NCBI GenBank assembly: GCA_001513185.1
Contig: LFST01000051.1
Location: 374 to 64,373, forward strand
DNA: 64,000 nucleotides
Reading direction: 5' to 3'
Origin: Candidatus Fermentithermobacillaceae bacterium DTU015
Lineage (GTDB): Bacteria; Bacillota; Sulfobacillia; Fermentithermobacillales; Fermentithermobacillaceae
The notes under the pieces are model-generated. The model searched no databases and was not told the DNA's origin. It saw only the letters and a program-made list of their open reading frames with translations. Positions 38,221 through 46,463 of the stretch are shown one piece after another. A program made the position numbers and the translations under genes. Numbering within the stretch: the first letter of the stretch is position 1; each line of letters starts with the position of its first letter.

Positions 38221-39876
38221 ATGATCAAGGAAGCCAGGGAAAAGTGGGAACAGGGTACTCTGGCCAAGACCCTGAATAGGTTCCCTGAAAGACAAGCAGA
38301 GTTTACCACCGATTCGGGGATTCCTATAAAGCGGCTTTACACACCCGAGGATCTAGAAGGATGGGACTACCTGAATGAGCTCGGATTTCCCGGTGAGTAT
38401 CCATACACCCGGGGAGTCCAGCCAACTATGTACCGGGGACGCCTGTGGACCATGCGCCAGTATGCCGGTTTCGGTACCGCCCAAGAGACCAACGAACGGT
38501 TCCGGTTCCTGCTGGAACAAGGTCAGACAGGTTTGAGCGTTGCGTTTGACCTGCCCACCCAGATCGGATACGACTCTGACCACCAGTTGGCCGAAGGTGA
38601 AGTGGGCCGGGTAGGCGTGGCCATCGACTCGCTTGAAGATATGGAAGTTGTGTTTGACGGCATTCCCCTGGACAAAGTTTCCACGTCCATGACTATTAAC
38701 GCTCCGGCAGCCATCTTGTTGGCCATGTACCAGGCTGTGGGCGAGAAGCAAGGGGTTGAACCCTCCAAACTCAAGGGTACGGTACAGAACGACATCCTCA
38801 AAGAGTACGTGGCCAGAGGCACGTACATATTCCCGCCGGAGCCGTCCATGCGTTTGGTCACAGACATCTTTGAATACTGTTCCAAGACCATTCCGTCGTG
38901 GAACACGATTTCCATCAGCGGTTATCACATAAGGGAAGCAGGGAGTACAGCCGTACAGGAAGTGGCGTTCACCTTGGCCAACGGCATTGCCTACGTACAA
39001 GCAGCCATTGACAAGGGGCTGGACGTGGATGAGTTTGCAGGTAGGCTGTCGTTCTTCTTCAACAGCCATGTGAACTTCTTTGAAGAAATCGCCAAGTTCA
39101 GGGCAGCCAGGAGACTCTGGGCACGGATCATGAAAGAACGTTTCAAGGCCAAGAATCCCAGGTCACACAGGTTGCGGTTCCATACCCAGACTGCCGGCTC
39201 CTCCCTTACGGCACAGCAGCCTGATAACAACATAATCCGTACTACCCTGCAAGCACTGGCCGCCGTACTAGGAGGCACCCAGTCCTTGCACACCAACTCC
39301 AGGGACGAAGCACTGGCTCTGCCGACCGAGGAATCGGTGAGGATCGCCCTGAGGACACAGCAGATTATCGCTTATGAGTCGGGAGTAGCAGATACCATCG
39401 ATCCGTTGGCAGGAAGCTACTTCATAGAAAAGCTCACAGATGAGATCGAAGCCAGGGCCATGGAGTACATTGAGAAGATTGACGACATGGGCGGCGCTGT
39501 AAAGGCCATTGAAAACGGCTTTATGCAGCGCGAAATCCAGGAGAGCGCTTACCGGTACCAAAAGGCAGTGGAATCCAAGCAGAAGATGGTGGTTGGCGTC
39601 AACTGCTTCCAAGTGGAAGAAGAACAGCCCAAGAACCTGCTCCGGGTCAACCCTGCCATCGCAGAAGCTCAGAAGGAACGTCTCCGCAGCTTGAGGGCGC
39701 GGCGTGACGAAAGGGCTGTGGCTTCAGCACTCAAGGGTATCGAAGCCGCCGCCAAGGGTGAGGATAACCTGATACCTCCCATACTCGAAGCAGTCAAGGC
39801 ATACGCCACAATCGGAGAGATTTGCGACGTGCTTAGGGATGTATTCGGCGTGTACCGCCCTGCCCAGGACATATAA
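38221..39876 (+). CDS. methylmalonyl-CoA (acyl-CoA) mutase large subunit, catalytic TIM-barrel domain only (no B12-binding domain)
   Basis: [82 protein letters not shown]. Ends after the barrel without a DxHxxG cobalamin domain. Confidence 0.92.
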   Translation: MIKEAREKWEQGTLAKTLNRFPERQAEFTTDSGIPIKRLYTPEDLEGWDYLNELGFPGEYPYTRGVQPTMYRGRLWTMRQYAGFGTAQETNERFRFLLEQGQTGLSVAFDLPTQIGYDSDHQLAEGEVGRVGVAIDSLEDMEVVFDGIPLDKVSTSMTINAPAAILLAMYQAVGEKQGVEPSKLKGTVQNDILKEYVARGTYIFPPEPSMRLVTDIFEYCSKTIPSWNTISISGYHIREAGSTAVQEVAFTLANGIAYVQAAIDKGLDVDEFAGRLSFFFNSHVNFFEEIAKFRAARRLWARIMKERFKAKNPRSHRLRFHTQTAGSSLTAQQPDNNIIRTTLQALAAVLGGTQSLHTNSRDEALALPTEESVRIALRTQQIIAYESGVADTIDPLAGSYFIEKLTDEIEARAMEYIEKIDDMGGAVKAIENGFMQREIQESAYRYQKAVESKQKMVVGVNCFQVEEEQPKNLLRVNPAIAEAQKERLRSLRARRDERAVASALKGIEAAAKGEDNLIPPILEAVKAYATIGEICDVLRDVFGVYRPAQDI

Positions 39877-39909
39877 CTGCTTGGGACACTCCAAGAGGGG
39901 GTAGTGTAA

Positions 39910-40323
39910 ATGTATAAGAAGATCCACCATCTGGGGATTGCAGTCAACGACCTGGAAAAAGCAGCAAGTGTACTAAAGGACGCGTTCAACCTCGAAGTCT
40001 CAGGGGTTGAAGAGGTTCCTTCTCAGCAAGTTAAGGTGGCATTTGTGCCCATAGGTGAGACCAGGCTGGAACTGCTCGAGCCAACTTCTGAAGACAGTGC
40101 GGTAGCTAAGTTCCTGGCCAAGAGGGGAGAAGGGTTCCACCATGTGGCATTTGAAACCGATGCCATCGAAGACGCCCTAAAGCTTGCCGAAAACCAAGGG
40201 CTCAGGCTTATCGACAAGGAACCCAGGCCCGGTGCCCACGGCACAAAGGTGGCCTTCATTCACCCTAAGAGCACCTTCGGGGTACTCATAGAGCTAGTGC
40301 AGGAAGGAGATAAGACAGAGTAA
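39910..40323 (+). CDS. mce: methylmalonyl-CoA epimerase (VOC/glyoxalase fold)
   Basis: IHHLGIAVNDLEKA...ETRLELLEP...GEGFHHVAFETDAIEDAL...GTKVAFIHPKSTFGVLIELVQ. Confidence 0.9.
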   Translation: MYKKIHHLGIAVNDLEKAASVLKDAFNLEVSGVEEVPSQQVKVAFVPIGETRLELLEPTSEDSAVAKFLAKRGEGFHHVAFETDAIEDALKLAENQGLRLIDKEPRPGAHGTKVAFIHPKSTFGVLIELVQEGDKTE

Positions 40324-40367
40324 CAAACCCGGCACAATTGCCTTAGCGCAAACCTACTCTGCGAAGT

Positions 40368-40406
40368 GAGGAGCTTGGCTCAAACCCCAAGCTCCTTCCT
40401 ATTTGA
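40368..40406 (+). terminator. terminator after the epimerase gene
   Basis: AGGAGCTTGG(40369)/CCAAGCTCCT(40387), 10 bp, followed by the T-rich TCCTATTTG. Confidence 0.55.
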
Positions 40407-40625
40407 GGGAAAACACCGATTATACTGCTTCCAAATGGACAAGATACTCACGAAGGTTTTCATTTTGGAACTGAGTTCCGAATATATAAAGGGGATGGCA
40501 GCTTGCCATGAAAGGGGTCTGAAGTTTTCTGCCAGGCAGGAGCTTTGCGGCCGGGGAAGAATACACTTCTTAAGAGATCCTCACCGGCTGTGCATAACAC
40601 CCAAAATAAGGGGGCTTGAAACAGA

Positions 40626-40832
40626 GTGGAAAGGCCACCCAGGATCGTAGAGTACATCTGTCTCGCTTGTGGGGCCCAGGGACTAGTTGAGATGCGACCT
40701 TCCAAACCTGAAACTCAGGACATAAGAAGCGGCCAAATCTTGAGATGTCCGAAATGCCAACAGGATGCATTCATGCTCAAGAGAAAGGCCGCTTCAGATA
40801 TTTTGGTCCACGCTCACGTGCAAATCACCTAA
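40626..40832 (+). CDS. hypothetical small zinc-ribbon protein (two CxxC pairs)
   Basis: 68 aa with CLAC...CPKC. AAGGGGG lies 11 nt before the GTG at 40626, and a hairpin follows at 40866. No family recognised. Confidence 0.4.
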   Translation: MERPPRIVEYICLACGAQGLVEMRPSKPETQDIRSGQILRCPKCQQDAFMLKRKAASDILVHAHVQIT

Positions 40833-40865
40833 GCTGATAAGGTTCCATTGAAAAGGTCCGCGCGT

Positions 40866-40895
40866 TGCCGCCACTTTGTGTGGCGGTCTCTTGTT
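40866..40895 (+). terminator. terminator hairpin upstream of mraZ
   Basis: CCGCCAC(40867)/GTGGCGG(40879) with a 5-nt loop, followed by TCTCTTGTTT. Confidence 0.55.
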
Positions 40896-40969
40896 TAATC
40901 CCACCATTTTCAAGAAAGTTTCTCACAAACCTGAAGGAAATCCCGATACATATGGCGAAGAGAGTACTC

Positions 40970-41026
40970 AAGTGGGGAAAAGTGGGGAGAAGTGGCCCAG
41001 AAGTGAGCAGTGCAAATTTTGTGGGA
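40970..41026 (+). promoter_or_regulatory. phased AAGTGG direct-repeat array, putative MraZ operator
   Basis: AAGTGGG at 40970 and 40980, AAGTGGC at 40990 (exact 10-bp period), AAGTGAG at 41001, GTGGGAG at 41021. Confidence 0.6.
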
Positions 41027-41440
41027 GAATACCTTCATACCCTGGACTCCAAGGGTAGGCTAGCCTTACCTGCCAAGTTTAGGGAAACCCTAGGTCCTAG
41101 GTTTATCATCGCCAGGGGCCTGGACAAGTGTCTTTTTGTTTATCCTAATGATGAATGGGACCAAGTAATGGAAAAACTCAAGACTCTCCCGATTAGCAGG
41201 AAAGATGCACGCCACTTCACCAGGTACTTTCTTTCAGGGGCCACTGAAGCCGAACCTGACAAGCAAGGACGGGTAGTGATCCCCCAGAATCTCCGCGAAT
41301 ATGCCGGCCTTAACAAAGACGTGTTTATCCTGGGCGTAGGCAGTAGAATTGAGATCTGGGATAAAGACGCGTGGGAACAGACCAAGATAGGGCTTGAGGC
41401 TGAATTCTCTGTCTTGGCTGAAAGTGTAGCTGGAATATGA
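41003..41440 (+). CDS. mraZ: division/cell wall cluster transcriptional regulator MraZ (start uncertain: GTG 41003, GTG 41021 or ATG 40952)
   Basis: FVGEYLHTLDSKGRLALPAKFRETLG...LDKQGRVVIPQNLREYAGL is the double SpoVT-AbrB MraZ signature. Homology begins at about 41018. Confidence 0.9.
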   Translation: MSSANFVGEYLHTLDSKGRLALPAKFRETLGPRFIIARGLDKCLFVYPNDEWDQVMEKLKTLPISRKDARHFTRYFLSGATEAEPDKQGRVVIPQNLREYAGLNKDVFILGVGSRIEIWDKDAWEQTKIGLEAEFSVLAESVAGI

Positions 41441-42393
41441 TGGACAGACTTGACGAACGCATATACCACAAGCCGGTAATGGTCCGTGAAGTGCTTGAGT
41501 TTGTAACTGAATGCACGCGGAGCGTAGTTGTAGACTGCACTTTGGGCGATGGAGGACATTCATACGCGATTCTGGACAACACTCAGGACACTTTCGTTTT
41601 GGGTATTGATATCGATGATGAAGCAGTGGCAGTCGCCGGCAAACGTCTTAACCCTGTGTTCGGAGGCAGGTTTCACCCAAGCAAAGGGGATTACAGAGAA
41701 CTAAACCTGCACCTTGCCAGGGTTGGAATTCCAAGAGTGAGCGGGATACTCATTGACCTGGGAGTCTCGTCGAGACAACTGGACCAGGCACACCGGGGGT
41801 TTTCGTATTGGGCAGAAGCTCCCCTGGATATGAGGATGAATCCCCAAAGCACCACGACAGCCAAGGATATTGTAGCTTATTCGTCTGAGGAAGAGCTGGA
41901 ACGAATCCTCAGGGAGTACGGGGAAGAACGATACTCCAGGCAAATTGCAAAGGCAATTGTGGAGCACAGGGACAAGCACCCAATCGAAACCACCACCGAA
42001 CTTGTACAGATAATACAGAACGCTATACCTAGCAGGGTAAGGTACAGAAGGCTTCACCCTGCCAGAAAGACGTTCCAGGCTCTGAGAATTGCGGTCAACG
42101 ATGAACTGTCGCGGTTGGATGCAGCCCTACGCCGGTGTTTCAGCTTGCTGGAAGCCGGGGGTGTGCTCATGGTGATTACATACCATTCATTAGAAGACCG
42201 TATTGCCAAGAGAGTGTTTAGAGAGCTGGAAGCCATGGGGCCTGGCTTGGTCAGGACAAAGAAGGTGATACGGCCTAGCGAAGCCGAGGTTGCCGATAAC
42301 CCGCGTGCTCGCAGTGGGAAACTACGGGTAATACAACGCAGGGATGTTGGGGGAAAGGGAAACCATGATCAAGAACGTGGAGTGGAGCTCTAA
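41437..42393 (+). CDS. rsmH: 16S rRNA (cytosine1402-N4)-methyltransferase
   Basis: YHKPVMVREVLEF, DCTLGDGGHS, LIDLGVSSRQLD, RGFSY, HPARKTFQALRIAVNDEL, ITYHSLEDRIAK. Confidence 0.96.
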   Translation: MMDRLDERIYHKPVMVREVLEFVTECTRSVVVDCTLGDGGHSYAILDNTQDTFVLGIDIDDEAVAVAGKRLNPVFGGRFHPSKGDYRELNLHLARVGIPRVSGILIDLGVSSRQLDQAHRGFSYWAEAPLDMRMNPQSTTTAKDIVAYSSEEELERILREYGEERYSRQIAKAIVEHRDKHPIETTTELVQIIQNAIPSRVRYRRLHPARKTFQALRIAVNDELSRLDAALRRCFSLLEAGGVLMVITYHSLEDRIAKRVFRELEAMGPGLVRTKKVIRPSEAEVADNPRARSGKLRVIQRRDVGGKGNHDQERGVEL

Positions 42394-42799
42394 AAGAACC
42401 TTTTCAATAGAGATACTAGGGCTGATATATTTCCTAACCATAGTCCTCGCCGGAGTAATGCTGGTATACCAGCCTGCAAGGGTAGCTCATCTCAACCAAG
42501 AAGTGAGGCATTTGGAAAAACAGCTCCACGATTTGAAACTGCGCAATGAAGATCTCAAAAAGATGGTCGCGTCAATGGAATCGCTTACATACATAGAAGC
42601 TCAAGCCCGCACCAAGCTTGGTATGGTTGAACCCGAGCAGGTCAAATCAGTAATCGTAGCAACCGGCCCTCAAGAGCACCAACCTGCCAGGGGAGAAAGT
42701 TATGCCGCTGCTGAACCGACCCGAGGCATATTAGCATGGCTTAGCCGCATAGCTGAGTTTATGAAAGACAGCGTGGCTGTTGCCAAAGGCAAGCAATAG
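42365..42799 (+). CDS. ftsL: cell division protein FtsL
   Basis: Small bitopic protein (single TM, then a coiled coil, EVRHLEKQLHDLKLRNEDLKKMV) at the canonical position after rsmH. Confidence 0.75.
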   Translation: MIKNVEWSSKRTFSIEILGLIYFLTIVLAGVMLVYQPARVAHLNQEVRHLEKQLHDLKLRNEDLKKMVASMESLTYIEAQARTKLGMVEPEQVKSVIVATGPQEHQPARGESYAAAEPTRGILAWLSRIAEFMKDSVAVAKGKQ

Positions 42800-42824
42800 C
42801 CAACGACAACAAAGGAGAAAGGCT

Positions 42825-44924
42825 ATGGGGGTTCTGGCCCGCAAACGGGTAGGAACGGTATTGGGCCTGGTTGGTGCGTGTTTCCTGCTCTTGATGGCAA
42901 GATTGATCTACGTACAATTTGTATGGGCGGAAGAACTTGGGCAACAAGCTCTGGATATGCGGATGCAGGATATCCCAATCCAGCCCAGGCGTGGGGTTAT
43001 CTATGACCGGAACGGGCACGAGCTTGCCTTTAGTATTGATGTGGAATCATTGTACGCCATCCCCGCCCAGATCAAAGACCCTTCAGAAACCGCCAGGGCT
43101 CTGTCGGATATCTTGGGCATGAGTTACGACAGGCTCATGTCGATCCTGACAAGAAACACCGCTTTTGAATGGGTCAAGCGTAAAGTGCCCGACGACATAG
43201 CCAGAAAAATCAAGCAGCTTAAACTCCCCGGTATAGGCTTCACCCAAGAAGCGATGCGGGTGTGGCCCAAAGGCAGCATGCTTTCCCAAGTGCTGGGTAT
43301 TGTGGGGATCGACAACGACGGCCTTGAGGGGCTGGAATATGAGTATGATCAAGTGCTGAAGGGTGTTGAAGGTAAGTTCACCGTAGAAGTAGATGCCATA
43401 GGAGAGGAACTGCCCCATTCCCAAAAGGGCTACGTGCCTCCCGTACAGGGTAAGAACCTGGTACTTACAATAGATGAAGTGGTTCAGTTCATTGCAGAAC
43501 GAGAGCTTGAAGCCAAGATCAAAGAAACCAATGCAGAAGGCGGCCTGATTATCGCCATGAACCCTTCAAACGGCGAAATACTGGCCCTCGCAATACACCC
43601 TGGTTATGATCCTAATAAGTACGACGAGTATCCGGCTGAAAACCGGAGGATCAAGGCAATCACCGACTCGTTCCCCCCTGGCTCCACTTTCAAGCCCATC
43701 ACTGCGGCTGCAGCCCTGGAAAGTGGCGCTGTAAGCCCGTCGGATACTTTCTACTGCGGCGGCTCTATAAAAGTGGGGCCGGATACCCTGTACTGCCACA
43801 GAACTGAAGGCCACGGCAGCCAGACATTCTACGAAGTGATTCAAAACTCATGCAACGTAGGGTTTGTGCAAATAGCACAGAGGACCGGAATTGAAGCTTT
43901 CTACAAGTATGTAGAACTGTTTGGGCTCACCTCGCCTACAGGAATTGACCTACCAGGGGAATCTAGGGGGATTATAGTCCCTCAAGAAAGCGCCAAACCC
44001 ATCGACCTGGCGGTAATGTCTTACGGACAGACACTGCAACTTACCCCTATCCAGATCGTTACGTCCCTCGCAGCCATAGCAAACGGGGGTCACATGGTAG
44101 TACCCCACTTGGTGAAGGAAGTGACAGACAATAGCGGCAATGTAGTGGAAGTCAAAAACTACCAGCCTGTGAGGCAGGTTATTTCGTCCAGGACCGCGGA
44201 AGAATTGAGGAACGCGCTTGAAAAGGTAATCTCAGACGGAACCGGTAAAGCTGCATATGTGCCCGGTTACCGGCTGGCAGGCAAGACCGGAACATCCAAC
44301 AAAGTGATAGACGGAAAGATCGCTGAGGGCAGATATATCGCATCGTTTGCCGGATTTGCCCCTGCCAACGACCCCAAATTGGTATTGCTTGTAATGATCG
44401 ATGAACCAAAAGGTGAATACTACGGGGGCGTAGTGGCCGCACCGGTTTTTGCTTCTGTGATGAGGGACGTGTTGCGCTACCTGGAAATCCCGCCTCAGGA
44501 GGAGCCGGTGGATGAAACAGAGCAGGAAACGGTAACCGTGCCTGACCTTGTGGGCAAAGACGTGGTGGCAGCCCAAGCCGAGCTCCACGAAATGGGCTTG
44601 TCGGGCAAACCTGATGGCACCGGGACTACAGTAGTATCCCAATTCCCGGTTGCCGGAGCCAGGGTATTGAAACACACAAATGTGATATTATACACGGAAG
44701 ATGAAGCAGAACCGGAAGAGGGGATGGTGAGGGTTCCCACAATCATAGGCCTAGGGTTAACCCAGGCCAGGGACAAACTGGTGGAATCCGGATTATCCCT
44801 AAGCGCTCAGGGAAATGGTTTTTGTGTATCCCAGGAACCCCAGGGCGGGAGCTTTGTCCCCAAGGGATCTACCGTGAAGGCTGTGTTTAGGATGGATGTG
44901 GGTGAAGATCCCGCAGACAGATGA
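42825..44924 (+). CDS. class B penicillin-binding protein, FtsI/SpoVD type, with two C-terminal PASTA domains
   Basis: PBP dimerisation domain; transpeptidase STFKP, SCN, KTGTS. PASTA repeats (VTVPDLVGKDVVAAQAELHEMGL; VRVPTIIGLGLTQARDKLVESGL). AAGGAGAAAGG precedes the ATG at 42825. Confidence 0.92.
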   Translation: MGVLARKRVGTVLGLVGACFLLLMARLIYVQFVWAEELGQQALDMRMQDIPIQPRRGVIYDRNGHELAFSIDVESLYAIPAQIKDPSETARALSDILGMSYDRLMSILTRNTAFEWVKRKVPDDIARKIKQLKLPGIGFTQEAMRVWPKGSMLSQVLGIVGIDNDGLEGLEYEYDQVLKGVEGKFTVEVDAIGEELPHSQKGYVPPVQGKNLVLTIDEVVQFIAERELEAKIKETNAEGGLIIAMNPSNGEILALAIHPGYDPNKYDEYPAENRRIKAITDSFPPGSTFKPITAAAALESGAVSPSDTFYCGGSIKVGPDTLYCHRTEGHGSQTFYEVIQNSCNVGFVQIAQRTGIEAFYKYVELFGLTSPTGIDLPGESRGIIVPQESAKPIDLAVMSYGQTLQLTPIQIVTSLAAIANGGHMVVPHLVKEVTDNSGNVVEVKNYQPVRQVISSRTAEELRNALEKVISDGTGKAAYVPGYRLAGKTGTSNKVIDGKIAEGRYIASFAGFAPANDPKLVLLVMIDEPKGEYYGGVVAAPVFASVMRDVLRYLEIPPQEEPVDETEQETVTVPDLVGKDVVAAQAELHEMGLSGKPDGTGTTVVSQFPVAGARVLKHTNVILYTEDEAEPEEGMVRVPTIIGLGLTQARDKLVESGLSLSAQGNGFCVSQEPQGGSFVPKGSTVKAVFRMDVGEDPADR

Positions 44925-44957
44925 GCTCCTTTGCCCCTGAGATCAGAGGTGGATGAT

Positions 44958-46460
44958 ATGCTGCTGTCAAACTTGCTGGCAGGATTGGAAGGCGCCGAAT
45001 TGCGGCATGACTGCCGCGTGACAGGGATCGCCTATGATTCGCGCAAGGTTAAAGAAGGCTATATATTTGTGGCTATCAAAGGGTTTAAGTTGGACGGACA
45101 TGCCTTTGTAGACGACGCTCTTGCCAGGGGCGCAAGCGGCGTTGTAGCACAAGCAGATGTTTCAGTTCCGGCCGGCAAAGGCCTGGCAGTTGTCAAGGAT
45201 TCCCGGTTTGCCTTGTCTCACCTTGCCTGCAGGTTCTACCGTGACCCCAGCAGCAACCTCTTGGTAGCCGGTATAACCGGAACCAAAGGCAAAACCACCG
45301 TGTGCCACATGATAAAACGGATCTTTGAAGCAATGGGGCACAAAACGGGGCTGGTGGGCACCCTGTACAACATTGTAGGTGACGATGTACGGCCGGTAGA
45401 ACGCACCACTCCCGAAGCTTCAGACCTCCTAGGCCTGCAACGGGAGATGGTGGATAAGGGCTGTACTGCCGTTGCCATGGAAGTATCATCCCACGCTTTG
45501 GCCCTTCACCGGGTGGCTCACGTCAAGTTCGACGTAGCCGTGTTTACAAATATTGGCTTGGACCATCTTGATTTCCACAAGACCATGGAAGACTACGTCG
45601 AAACCAAGAGCAGGCTGTTTAGGATGTTGTCCCACAGCATCCATCCCAATGGGCCCCTTGCAGTAATCAACAGGGACGACCCTCACGGGCAGCAGTTTAA
45701 ACCCCATGACAGCGTCAAGATGATAACATACGGTTTGTCACAAGATGCAGATGTAAGGGCACAAAACCTTGAAACAGGCCCCAGGGGTAGCCGCTTCACC
45801 TTGTGCTTTAGGGGCCGGCAGCAAGATGTGTACATAAACCTTCCAGGCAGATTCAACATTGAAAACTGCCTCGCAGCCGGCGCAGTGGGGCTGGGCATGG
45901 GCATGACCCTGGAATCTGTGGCAGAAGCTTTGTCTAAGATGGAAGTGGTGCGCGGCCGTGCACAACCTGTTCCCGGTGCCCGTGATTATACCGTGTGGGT
46001 AGATTACGCCCATACACCTGAAAGCCTTAGAAACATCCTTGCAACTGCAAGGGACGTAGCCAGCAACCGGGTGATCGTGGTGTTCGGATGCGGCGGGGAC
46101 CGGGATAAACACAAGCGTCCCGTAATGGGGCGCATAGCCGGGGAGATAGCAGATCTAGTTGTAATAACCAACGACAACCCGCGTACTGAGGACCCAGACC
46201 ATATCCTAGACCAAGTAGAAGCAGGGCTTCTCGAGGCCAAGGCCTGCAAACCCGGCATATCCTATATACGCATAAAAGATCGGGAAGAAGCTATTCACAA
46301 GGCCATAGCTCTGGCACAAGCAGGAGACGTGGTGGTGATAGCAGGCAAAGGCCACGAAACTTACCAGGTTTTCGCGGACACAACGGTTCATTTTGATGAT
46401 TTTGAGGTAGCCGCCCAAGCAATCGCCAAGCGGAACACACCTTTGAAGTGGGGGAGTTGA
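44958..46460 (+). CDS. murE: UDP-N-acetylmuramoyl-L-alanyl-D-glutamate--2,6-diaminopimelate ligase
   Basis: GITGTKGKTT, Mur ligase middle and C-terminal domains. The DNPR motif (ITNDNPRTEDP) indicates meso-DAP specificity. Confidence 0.95.
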   Translation: MLLSNLLAGLEGAELRHDCRVTGIAYDSRKVKEGYIFVAIKGFKLDGHAFVDDALARGASGVVAQADVSVPAGKGLAVVKDSRFALSHLACRFYRDPSSNLLVAGITGTKGKTTVCHMIKRIFEAMGHKTGLVGTLYNIVGDDVRPVERTTPEASDLLGLQREMVDKGCTAVAMEVSSHALALHRVAHVKFDVAVFTNIGLDHLDFHKTMEDYVETKSRLFRMLSHSIHPNGPLAVINRDDPHGQQFKPHDSVKMITYGLSQDADVRAQNLETGPRGSRFTLCFRGRQQDVYINLPGRFNIENCLAAGAVGLGMGMTLESVAEALSKMEVVRGRAQPVPGARDYTVWVDYAHTPESLRNILATARDVASNRVIVVFGCGGDRDKHKRPVMGRIAGEIADLVVITNDNPRTEDPDHILDQVEAGLLEAKACKPGISYIRIKDREEAIHKAIALAQAGDVVVIAGKGHETYQVFADTTVHFDDFEVAAQAIAKRNTPLKWGS

Positions 46461-46463
46461 GCA

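Noticed and set aside
38353-39069. 238-aa minus-strand ORF, plus other 100-130-aa ORFs, inside the mutase gene
   Set aside because: Antisense or alternate-frame shadows of a strongly supported CDS. No motifs or ribosome-binding sites.
40366-40650. 94-aa plus-strand ORF after the epimerase gene
   Set aside because: Its start lies inside the terminator hairpin (40369-40396). It has no SD and no recognisable motif, and it overlaps the better-supported zinc-ribbon ORF. Left as possible leader or ncRNA sequence.
40865-41002. N-terminal extension of the mraZ ORF (start at 40865 in the track)
   Set aside because: The extension contains a terminator hairpin (40866-40895) and the phased repeat array. 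MraZ homology begins only at about 41018.
40970-41026. Possibility that the phased repeats are a mini-CRISPR or mobile-element end
   Set aside because: The units are 7-mers with 3-nt spacers (10-bp period), far too short for CRISPR repeats. There are no cas, transposase or integrase genes anywhere in the window.
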